This document shows positions 36,601 through 48,600 of a DNA stretch of 64,000 nt, piece after piece. This DNA comes from Chiloscyllium plagiosum (Eukaryota). The position numbers were made by a program, and so were the translations under genes. The notes under the pieces are model-generated. The model ran no database searches, was not told the DNA's origin, and saw nothing but the letters and a program-made list of their open reading frames with translations. Positions within the stretch are counted from its first letter, which is position 1; the number at the start of each line of letters is the position of its first letter. The stretch covers positions 17,673,153-17,737,152 of the forward strand of contig NC_057720.1 in NCBI RefSeq assembly GCF_004010195.1, read 5' to 3'.

Positions 36601-39600
36601 AAATGGAGAAACTGCTCTGCAGCATTTTTGCAAGTCTGCAGCATGAAGGCTAAACATAAAAGTAAAATGACAGAAATCATGCTTGTGTTGGCCCAGATTT
36701 CACAGTTTTGATGAGAATGTAACTCAGAATTTGCCAACATTACAACTGTGAAACTAACAGCAACATTTGGCATCATACACTCAATTACATGTAGAAAATC
36801 ACAAGTTGCTAGCAATGATTTCTTGTGAACTCAAGAGTGCACAAATAAGTACCCACAGATTTCGAAATGTTTAAAAATCTCTTCAAATGACATGAATTTC
36901 TATATTTTATGCACTGTCACTGCAAAATTTCCCAAAATGTTGTGTCCTTTTGAATGGGGTATAATGGGGCCTTTTTATGGATTCTACACTATACTTTTCT
37001 AAATTATTCCTCTGAAGCCGAATAACTAATCTGTTTTGTGGAATGTCAAATTTCTCCATTATCAAAAATTCTATAACATTTTAAATGTAAAAATGCTCAT
37101 GTTTATGATATTTCAGCTTCTACATTAATCCAATTTGTGTGCCTCAATCTTTGTTTTGTTCTCTGTACAATTATTCAAAAGTGAGAAATAATCAGAACAT
37201 TTTTTTCTGGCTTTTTGACTTTGAGATTACTTCAATTTGATTGGCTGTTTTGCCAGTTTTATTGTTTTATTATTGGTTGATGCCTGGAGATCCTCTTAAC
37301 ATGGTGCCAGTGAAATAACTCCACAGAGACCAATATCCCACCACCAAGTCATTCTTTATTTAGACATGAACAGCCTTAGACTTTAGTATTGCTTCTTCAG
37401 AGCCTTCTATCAGAATCTCTGACAGTCCTCTTTTCATCATGATTTGGAGATGTCGGTGCTGGACTGGGGTGTACAAAGTTAAAAATCACACACTAGCTTT
37501 TGGAGTGCCACTCCTTCATCAGGTGATTGCCTAATCACCTGCCACAATCAGGTTGGAGTATAACCTGGTGTTGTGTGATTTTTAACTTTGTACACTTTAA
37601 CACTTTTCATCAGTCAGCCAGGGCTCCCTGATTGGTGCTCTTAATTTGGTCCTATCAGGGAACTCGTATTCTCAGAGGTTCAACTGGTTGATCTCATTAC
37701 AATCACTACAACCAGAATCAAACTACCAAGAAAGAATTAATGCCAAACAGATTGCCAGATCTTTGTGGGCAGCTTTCTTTGAAGTCAGAGAGTGCTGTTA
37801 CTTCACACTGACTGCAGAATCTGGGCTATTTTCTCCATTGAAACAGTATGAAAAAAGGTAAAAATGTACTTAAAATTCATTTTCAATATGACTAGCAGCT
37901 TTTTAAAAATTAAATTTAATAAGTATGCAGAAGAGATGTGTTTCAGCAAGATCACAGATTGATTCTTTTATTTTATTATTGTACTTGTATGTATCGTAGT
38001 ATGCACCTTCTATTGTACAAATATAGCTGAAGAATTCATTCTTTGCTTATACTTCATGCATTAGATTAGGACTGGCAAATAATTCAGAAAACTGATCTAA
38101 AAGACAATCAAGGCTATTGCTAGTGATACTTTGTAAAACAAAGCACAGCACCTTTCCAGACACATACATAGGTACATACCAATATTTATAGACAATAAAA
38201 TACTTCTAGGCTTATTAACATGCTTACCTTCAATGCTAGGTCAATCTGATTTTTAAGATTTTGTATAACATAACCTTGTACGCCAGCATGTTGGCTAGTT
38301 TTAAACAGGCACCTATAAAACATAAAACTAGCATCACAGTTCCAATCACATCAAGTTAACTTCACTCTGTTCATCCACCACCATACAAACATAGTACTGT
38401 TTCTTTAAAAATGACTTACATGTGATTCTTTTTAAATAGTGCCACTATAGTAGTTAACAAAACTACCATAAGTTGTTGCAACATTTAAAATAAGCTGAGT
38501 TCAAAATGTTCTTTACCATAACACTAATACCCTTACACAGTATTAGTCTAAATCCCTTAGTTTGCAGTTATTGTTCAATAACTTTGAGACTATTAAAATC
38601 ATAGCTTGTGAAATAAATTGACAAGTCCGGAGTTACATAATAGGTTGTACCTGCTATGAATTGTGCTTTTCCTAAAGACTTTTTACAATGTTAAGATAGA
38701 TTGAGGTGTGGAATCCATTCTTTTTATTTGAGATTCTGCGTTTAGCCTATTAAGCATTTAGGAAGATCCAGTAACCCAAATAAAGTGGACACACACCACA
38801 GGGATGCAGTCTTCCAAGTCCTTTGCTTTAGTCCAAGTCAGTGACAGATTAACATTTGAGACTGGAGTTATGGCCATTTTCACATCAATCCATGCCTGAA
38901 AAGCTTTGCATCAATGTGAAAGTTCCATCCTCAGTAAAATTATTGATCATCTTAACAAAACCCATAAATGCATAACCCCTGCTTTGTGCACTTTTCAATT
39001 GTAATCATTTGTGATGGATAAAAAATATTTTATTCTCTTTCTTAAATTCCACTTATTTGCAATTCCAGTACAATTTTATAATAAAGTAATTTGAGATTTT
39101 CATTGAACATATTACAGACACAGTAATTATAAAACAAAACTGCACAATTGAAGATTAGTTAATCACTTGGTTGTTTTAAAACTCATCCAGAGTGCAATTT
39201 GACATAAGTTTTTACATTAAAATCTTGCTATGAATGAAAATCAGCATTAAAATTGCAGCATTTCTAATTATGAGTTCCAAACAAACAATAAATATCCAAA
39301 ATCAAATCTCTAAAACATAAAATTACATCAATATAATGTAGGGTAAGCAACAATTTAAAAAAAACGATCTGACCTCTTAGGATACATGATAGTTAGTTGC
39401 ATAATTACATTAAAGATGAAGCGAGACATCAGAAATGAAGCTATAAATTACAAAGAAGTAACAGCACAGAAATATTTAGAATTAGCTTTAGCAACTCAAA
39501 AAAAAGTAATTGTATACAATTCAAAAACATATTATACAGCAAAGTTATGGTTGAAATGGCTCTACGGTTTGGCGAACTGGTGGTTTTCCTATGAACTGAA

Positions 39601-42600
39601 CATCATGGCTTAAGTTGTTTTGCTTTCTGTGATCAGCAGTACCTAAATTGTGAACTCACTTGCAGTGCCACAGACTACTAAAAGGTTTAAAACTCACATG
39701 AACTTAAACAAATTCAAATTTGCAATTTCTCTTCCCAAAATAACACTTCACTATTTAAAATGTGCTGTAAAATACAGTTGGTGATTACTATTTATCTGAA
39801 AAAGTTCAAAAGCTTGTCATCTTGTGCTAATACCATGTATGTTTATATATTTAATGAGTTTGTAGAAAAGGGGGTTTGTAAATTAAATTTACTGTTGTTT
39901 GTGTTATATCTGGTACGCTTGCCTTATTTATAAACAGTTTTTATGCATATCCTAATCTAAAAGTCCATCAAATGTGTTCTACCGAACTTATTCAGAAAAA
40001 CTGGCAGAAGACAATCTCTAAAATACAATAAATCTTTTCTGGACTATACTCACCTAAATAATTTGTATTTTCCTTCTGGATCAAACTTGTCTATGTACTG
40101 CTGAAATATCTTTAGGCTCCATTTTCGCTAAAACAAAGTTGTGAAGACAATTAGAATTGTAGAATAGGATAGAACAGAAGAAAGCCATTCAGCTGGCCTT
40201 TGACTCTTTGAACAAGCTATCCATCCGTTGGTCCATCTGATCATTCTTTCCTCATAACTATGTTTACATCTTTCCTTCAAGCTTTTATCCAATTCTCTTT
40301 TTGAGGTGCCATAGAATCTAATTTCACCGGCCTTTCAGGCAGTACATTCCTGGTCACAATAACTTGCTGTATGAACCTTTTCTTCCATCTGCCTGTTCTT
40401 TGCCAATCATCTCAAATCGGTGTCCTGTAGTTACTGAACTTTCTGCCACTGGAAGCAGTTTCTCTATGTTATGCATACCATTCATGATTTGTCACTCCTA
40501 TCAAATCAGTTCTTAATCTTCTCATCTCTAAGGCAAACAACCCCAGATTCTTAGCCTCTTCATATAACTTGTCCGACATTCCTGGCACCACTCAAAAACT
40601 TCTGCACCATTCTAAGAATTTGTCATCTTCCTTTAATTAAGGCAATACTCCAGCCATCGACCAGAAGACATAAAAGCAGAAGTAGGCCATTCACCTCTGC
40701 TAGGCTGCTCCATCATTCAATGAGGTCATGGCTGATCTGAATTCTCAACTCCACTTGTCTGCCTTTTCCCCCACAACCCCTTACTCTCTTACTGATTAAA
40801 AATCTGTCTGTCTATCTCAGGTTGAATGTACTTAACGAACCAACCTCCACCGCTCCCTCTGGTAAATAATTCAGATTTGTTCCCCTCTCAGAAAAGAAAT
40901 TCCTCCTGATCTCTATCTCTAGTATGTCCATTGGTCCTAAACTTCTCTACAGTGTTCTGCAAACACAGAAACCAAGAGCAGGAGTAGGCCCTTCAAGCTT
41001 GCTCTGCCATTCAAAACTATCATGACTGATCTTCTATTTCAATGTCATACTCGTGTTCTCCTCCTATTTCTTGATGCCTTTTATATCTAAAAATGTATCT
41101 CTTTCTTGAAATTTGACCTCCACAGCCTCTGGAGAAAATTCCACAGGTTCACAATCCTTTAAGTGAAGAAAAGTTTCACCTCAGTTCTAAATGGTCTATC
41201 TTGTATCCTGAGACTGTTCCCCCGATTCTGGACTCCCCTTAGAAAGAAAACATCCTCCCTGCACCTAATCTACCTGGTTCTGTTCAAATTTTATACATTC
41301 CAATTAGATCCCCTCTCATCCTTCTAAACTCTAGTGGATACAGGCCCAGTCAAACCAATCTCTCCTTGTAGGGTTCTCCTGCCACCCCAGATATCAGCCT
41401 AATGAACCTTCTGCTCCATTTCCTCTATGGATAGAATATCCTTTTTTAGGTAGGGAGGCAAAAATTACATGCAATTTTCCAGGTATGGTCACTACTGAAG
41501 ACTATTCTTCTACAGAAGTCAGATACAGATTTATTTAGTATCTGGTTCAAGCTGCCTCCTATTTAGCTCCACTCCATGTTTGAGCATCCATTTGAATTCT
41601 CTTTTATGTGAGCCACAAATTTACTGTTATGCTTTATCTTTGCTCCCTCCTTTCCAAGTTTAACTTAATTGTCTGCTGCATTGAACCACATAGTTGTTAT
41701 AAACCACCATTTATAACAGGGCGGCACAGTGGCTAGCACTGCTGCCTCACAGCACCAGGCTCCCAGGTTCGATTCCAGCCTTGGGTGACTGTCTGTGTGG
41801 AGTTTGCACATTCTCCCCGTGTCAGTGTGGGTTTGCTCCGGTTTCCTCCCATAGTCCAAAGATGTGCTGGTCAGGTGAATTGGCCATTCTAAATTGCCCA
41901 TAGTGTTAGGTGCATTAGTCAGAGGGAAATGGGTCTGGGTGGGTTACTCTTCGGAGGGTTAGTGTGGACTTGTTGGGCTGAAGGGCCTGCTTCCACACTG
42001 TAGGGAATCTAATCCATTTAACTGTTTCATTTTAGTCTTAATATCTTTAATATTTTGTTGAACTTTTTCATCTTACACTCACCAGGACATTTACAAGAAT
42101 GCCAATGTAAAGGGAACAATGGTACACGATATAAAATGACAGTGCTAAATGGTTAGTAGGGTGGATTCTGATTGGTAACAGCGTGGGTGTAGTCACTATC
42201 TTGTCTGCTGTGAACAGCTGAAAGGATGCATTGTTTGATACAATCCGCCAGACTTTGGGACATATGGCCTTTACACCTACATTATGCCAGCATTGAATTT
42301 CATATACCACCTCATTCATTTTTGTGATTATTTTACGCTTGATGGCAGTCTCCTGTTATGGTGAACACTGCTTGTTTTGCTTGTGCAAAGGAACATTGTG
42401 AAATAGCCAGCTTCACCTACTGCTCAAATATTTGGGATACCTTAAATTTGAGGTATTTAGGCACTTTTCAGGAATGAAAGCATTGGCCATAGGCCTATCC
42501 AGGCACTGCGCATTATATATAGTGACAAGTGATCTGATTAGGGTAGGCATCATCTGCAAGACGGCTTTAATTGTCCAAGACGGGCAAGATACTATTTGTA

Positions 42601-45600
42601 CCCAACCAGTAAAAGCACAAGACAGTATCCAACATAAGATGTGATTCCACAACTTTATTGGTCAGAGTATTGAGTACAGGAGTTGGAAAGTCATGTTGCA
42701 GCGAAGCAATTTTTGGAATATTCCATGCAGTTCTGGTCTCCTGCCTATCAGAAGGATGTTGTGAAACTTGAAAGGGCTCAGGAAAGATTTACCAAGGGTT
42801 GCCAGGGTTGGAGGATTTGAGCTATAGGGAGAGGCTGAATAGGCTAGGGCTGTTTTCCCTGGAGCCTCAGATGCTGAGGGGTGATCTTGTGGGCGGCACG
42901 GTAGCACAGTGGTTAGCACTGCTGCCTCACAGCGCCAGAGATCCGGGTTCAATTCGTCGGTGTGGACTTGTTGGGCCGAAGGGCCTGTTTCCACACTGTA
43001 ATCTAATCTAATCTTACAGAGGTTTATAAAATCACGAGGGTCATGGGATAGGATAAATAGACAAGGCTTTTTCCCCGGGATGTGAGAGTCCAGAACTAGA
43101 GGGCATAGATTTAGGGTGAGAGGGGAAAGATATCAAACAGACCCGAGGGACAATTTTTTCACGCAGAGGAATGAGCTGCCAGGAGGTGGTGAATGCATCT
43201 GTTTGAGTATATGAATAGGAAGGGTTTAGAGGATTAAGAGCCGGGTGCTGGCAGGTGGGACTAGATTGGGTTGGGATATCTAGTTGGTAGGGACGAGTTG
43301 GACTGAACTGTCTGTTTCCGTGCTGTACATCTCTTTGACTCGATGACTCTAATTGCAACATTTAAAAAGCATCTGGATGGGTATATGAATAGGAAGGGTT
43401 TAGGGGGATAAGGGTCAGGTGCTGGCAAATGGGACTAGATTAGGTTAGGTTATCTGGTCGGTATGGGCATGTTGGACCGAAGGGTCTGTTACCGTGCTAT
43501 ACATCTCTATAACTCGATAAGTGGTTAAATAACCTGGAGTATGCTAAGAATTACTTTAATAACCAATACATAATAGCCACTTGATGGAAGGTACATATAT
43601 TATTACAGGCTCTTTGCAGATTCAAAAAACATACATACATTGCATCTGTTTCAACTTATCAAAATAGATAACAGCCATTATCAGATTCATTTCGCAGGGC
43701 AACACCTCAACCACTCAGAATCAATTTAGTGTCATAGAGTCATAGAGATGTACAGCATGAAAACAGACCCTTCGGTCCAACCTGTCCACGCCAACCAGAT
43801 GTCCCAACCCAATCTAGTCCCACCTGCCAGCATCCGGCCCATATCCCTCTAAACTCTTCCTATTTATATACCCATCCAAATGCATCTTAAATGTTGCAAT
43901 TGTACCAATCTCCACCATATCCTCTGGCAGCTCATTCCATACACGTACCACCCTCTGCGTGAAAACGTTGCCTCTTAAGGTCTCTTTTATATCTTTCCCC
44001 TCTCACCCTAAACCTATGCCCTCTAGTTCTGGACTGGGAAAAGACTTTGTCTATTTATCCTATCCATGCCCCTCATAATTTTTTAAACCTCTATAAGGTC
44101 ACCGCTTAGCCTCCGACGTTCCAGGGAAAACAGCCCCAGCCTGTTCAGCCNNNNNNNNNNNNNNNNNNNNNNNNNNNNNNNNNNNNNNNNNNNNNNNNNN
44201 NNNNNNNNNNNNNNNNNNNNNNNNNNNNNNNNNNNNNNNNNNNNNNNNNNNNNNNNNNNNNNNNNNNNNNNNNNNNNNNNNNNNNNNNNNNNNNNNNNNN
44301 NNNNNNNNNNNNNNNNNNNNNNNNNNNNNNNNNNNNNNNNNNNNNNNNNNNNNNNNNNNNNNNNNNNNNNNNNNNNNNNNNNNNNNNNNNNNNNNNNNNN
44401 NNNNNNNNNNNNNNNNNNNNNNNNNNNNNNNNNNNNNNNNNNNNNNNNNNNNNNNNNNNNNNNNNNNNNNNNNNNNNNNNNNNNNNNNNNNNNNNNNNNN
44501 NNNNNNNNNNNNNNNNNNNNNNNNNNNNNNNNNNNNNNNNNNNNNNNNNNNNNNNNNNNNNNNNNNNNNNNNNNNNNNNNNNNNNNNNNNNNNNNNNNNN
44601 NNNNNNNNNNNNNNNNNNNNNNNNNNNNNNNNNNNNNNNNNNNNNNNNNNCAGGTTTGTGGATTTCGGGCAGGAGGTAGAAACGGGCAGTGTATTATTTT
44701 TACAGATAGCTGAGATCTCCTTCCAAGTTTGTTTCTCAATTTCCCTCTGACTATTAGGGGGTCTATAATACAATCCCAATAAGGTGATCATCCCTTTCTT
44801 ATTTCTCAGTTCCATCCAAATAACTTCCCTGGATGTATTTCCGGAAATATGCTCCCTCAGCACAGCTGTAATGCTATCCCTTATCAAAAATGCCACTCTC
44901 CCTCCTCTCTTGCCTCCCTTTCTATCCTTCCTGTAGCATTTGTATTCAGGAACATTAAGCTGCCAGTCCTGCCCATCCCTGAGCCATGTTTCTGTAATTG
45001 CTATGATATTCCAGTCCCATGTTCCTAACCATGCCCTGAGTTAATCTACCTTCCTTGTTAGGTGCCTTGCATTGAAATAAATGCAGTTTAATTTATTAGT
45101 CCTACATTGTCCCTGCCTGCCCTGACTGTTTGATTCACTTCTGTTCTCCACTGTACCAGTCTCAGATTGATCTCTTTCCTCACTATCTCCCTGGGTCCCA
45201 CCCACCCACCTTACTAGTTTAAATCCTCCCAAGCAGTTCAAGCAAATTTCCCTGCCAATATGTTAGTCCCCTTCCAATTTAGGTGCAATCCGTTCCTTCT
45301 TGTACAAGTTACTTCTACCCCAAAAAGATTCCAATGATCCAAAAATGTGAATCCTTCTCCCATACACCAGCTCCTCAGCCATGCATTCATCTGCTCTATC
45401 CTCCTATTCCTGCCCTCACTAGCTCGTAGCACTGGGTAAATATTACTACCCTTGAGGACCTCCTTTTTAAATTTCTGCCTAGCTCTCTGTAATCTCCCTT
45501 CAGAATCTCAACCTTTTCCCTTCCTATATCGTTGGTTCCAATGTGGACATTGACCTTGCTGGCATCTCTCCCCCGTGAGAACATTCTGCACCCTCTCTGA

Positions 45601-48600
45601 GACATCCTTGATCCTGGCACCAGGGAAACAACACACCATTCTGCTTTTTCTCTGCTGGCCACAGAAACGTCTGTCTGTACCTCGGACTACAGAATCCCCT
45701 AACACAACTGATCTCTTGGAAGCCAACGTACCCATCATTGCATTAGAGCCAGTCTCAATACCAGAAACTTGGCTGTTCATGCTACGTTCCCCTGAGAATC
45801 CATCACCCCCTACATTTTCCAAAACAGCATACCTGTTTGAAATGGGTATATCCACAAAAAACGTCTGCCCTTGGTGCCAACCTCTCTTACCCTTCCTGAA
45901 GTTAACCCATCTACGTGACTGTATCTGAGACTTTTCCCCCCATTCCTATAACTGCCATCCATCACATACTGTTGCTATTGCAAATTTCTTATCGCTTCTA
46001 TCTGTCTCTCCAAGTGATCCACTTGATCTGATAAGATACGCATCCAACAGCATTTATGGCAGATATAATCCGCAGTAACCCTTAAACTCTCTTTAAACTC
46101 CCAAATCTGACAAGAAGTGCATATCACTGCAAAGGCCATTTTTGCTCCTTCACAATCTACAGACCCAGAAAAATAACACCGTCTTATTCCTCTATAAAAC
46201 ACTGCACCAGGTTAAATTAAGAGCTATGGCTTATATTTTAAGTTTAATCAAGAGACTTCTCTCCAAAAACATATAATCAAGAAAGAACCCACTGTACTCA
46301 CTAATGCAGCCTTTCTCTTGGACAGACTTAAAACAACAATTAACTTATCTGATTCTGTGTTGTGAACTTCGCCCAAACAGGTTCCTCCAAGATTAGGTGT
46401 GAAATTCACTGTTTGTTAATTTTCCCAGATGCACTCCGATGTCCAGCGACACATGAATTCAAAAACAGCAAAGGCAGTAACTGTGCAGGTTCCCTCTCTC
46501 TCTCCTGCACTGTCCTCACCATGGGCTTCCTTTGTCTGTTCTTCTACCTTTTAAAACTGCTGTTGTTTTGACTTTTTTTTTCTAAAGTTCCAAAACAATG
46601 CAATAGCATATAAAACAGTAATTGTTGCTCCTGGAATTCGAGGAAATCACCTCCAGCACCTAAAATACCTCAAAAAAAAAAGGAGCAGCTCTTACAGCCA
46701 GAAATTTTTCCCGTCCTCCATCTTGGATTAATGTATGGTTAAATTTAAATGATGTTTGGCATTAACTGTCAGTCATAATTTAACTGTTGTTAAAGTTAAA
46801 TGTTGACTGGTGCATTTTGCATGACAATATCTTTAACAGAGTCAAAAATCACACAACATCAGGTTATAGTCCAACGGGTTTAATTGGAAGCACCAGCTTT
46901 CGGAGCGCTGCTCATTCATCAGGTTGTTAACAGAGTCGACTTTCCAGCCAATCAACACTTTGTTCTCATATATAGAAAAGGTTATAATTTGGAGATGCTG
47001 GTGTTGCACTGGGGTGTACAAACATAGAAAATGTTCTCCTTCATATTGGTACTCTTGCAAAATGAAAATGGCTTTTTCAACAATTATAAAGTTTGTAGTT
47101 CTTAACAAATTTATATCTTTGGTAATTTCAAAACTTCCAGATTTGGATTCCCTCCCTGTCTAAATTAGACCTCTTTCAGTTAAACTATTTTTACACTTTA
47201 TTGGTCCTGGTTCTTTTCAAGAAATTTCCCAAATCTGATGACATTATAAATACTGTTCCCCAAATGAAACACTCTCTTCTATCCACATTTTCCTTCAAAA
47301 CTAGATCCTGTGCTGCTTCCTTCCACAGTGGACTGGAAACGTACTGGTCAGGAAAATTCTTTAATAGTATCTTCAGATTCCTCCACTTCTTTGCTCATCA
47401 CACTGTTACTATTCCAGTCTATGTTAGGAAAGTTACAGGCTTCCATTATCAGTACTATTACCACTACATCACAATTCTCGCATCCAATAATTAAATCTTA
47501 TAAAGCATTTCATGTTCTTTAAATAAAAAAAAGTTTCATATCATTACATCAATACATACCAAATGTTCAATGGGACAGAGAGTCATCACCTTCACTAAAT
47601 CCTATGGGCAGAAATTTAAGAAATTTATTAATATGTTAGTCAGAAATTAAACATTATAACCCATGTTACAATTCGTAGCTTTTCCAATGTTAGTCTCAAC
47701 GTCTAGATCCCACATATATTTCCTTTATGCTTGAATTGTGGATTACCTGAGGAACACTAAGAATACTCTTCATTTCCAAATACTTATGAGAGAGATGATT
47801 ATCTTCAATTGTTAATAAGCAATGTTCAAATAATTCCTGAAAAATATAGATTCAATAAATATACAACAAATTATTGAAGTTCAGATTTCAAAACAAAATT
47901 TAAAATGAATTAAACCAATAATTGATTGGGTTTTAATTGTTTTCGATCACAGAGGAAAGGCTGTTTTTCATGGAGTCTCCTTTAAAAATGGAAACCAGGA
48001 CCTAGGTATGGAAGTACAGTTCAGTCCAGCGAATCCTGTTTTTTTGTCTGTCGGGGTGAAGGAGGTGGGGCATAAAGTAAACAGGCAGAAAACTTGAAGT
48101 CAGCACAGCCACTGAAAATTAGTGCTCAGTCAAGCAAGTCCATATTTACAATGAGGTTTAAATGTTCTTGAAGGTCAGTAAGATCTTTTGAAATGTCATG
48201 ATCTGAGACCATTTAAATCTTCAGCTTTTTAAAAGTTAATAAAAAGGCTACAGCTGTCTGTTAGAATAAAAAGAAATTGCTGCTGGAGTGCATTGTTTGA
48301 TGGGCCAACTGATGTAGGTTTTAAAAAAAATCTGTTCCTGTAGATTTAATAGACTTCAGTGTTGATAAATACTCGAGGGCTGTTATTCCAGCTAAGCTCA
48401 TTGCGAAGGCTTAGCTGAGTTTCCAAATCTCCAAACACCACACATTATAATCAGCTTTGGCGAGGGGTGTTGGGGGCATGGTTGGGTTGAGTTGGGGAGT
48501 CAACTATGCACCCAATTGAGAAACGTAGAATAATTGGAAACAACATCTGGATTTTTGTACTAAATCATCTATACATGGAGTGTGAGTTTCAGAGGAATAA

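Noticed and set aside
44083..44896. Long ORFs of 218 and 265 aa (and similar ones at 8970-9639 and 26222-26932)
   Set aside because: Their length comes from translating N-gaps.
47201..47522. Plus-strand ORFs next to GLMN exons
   Set aside because: They are antisense to a decayed CR1 endonuclease fragment (NFPNIDW on -).
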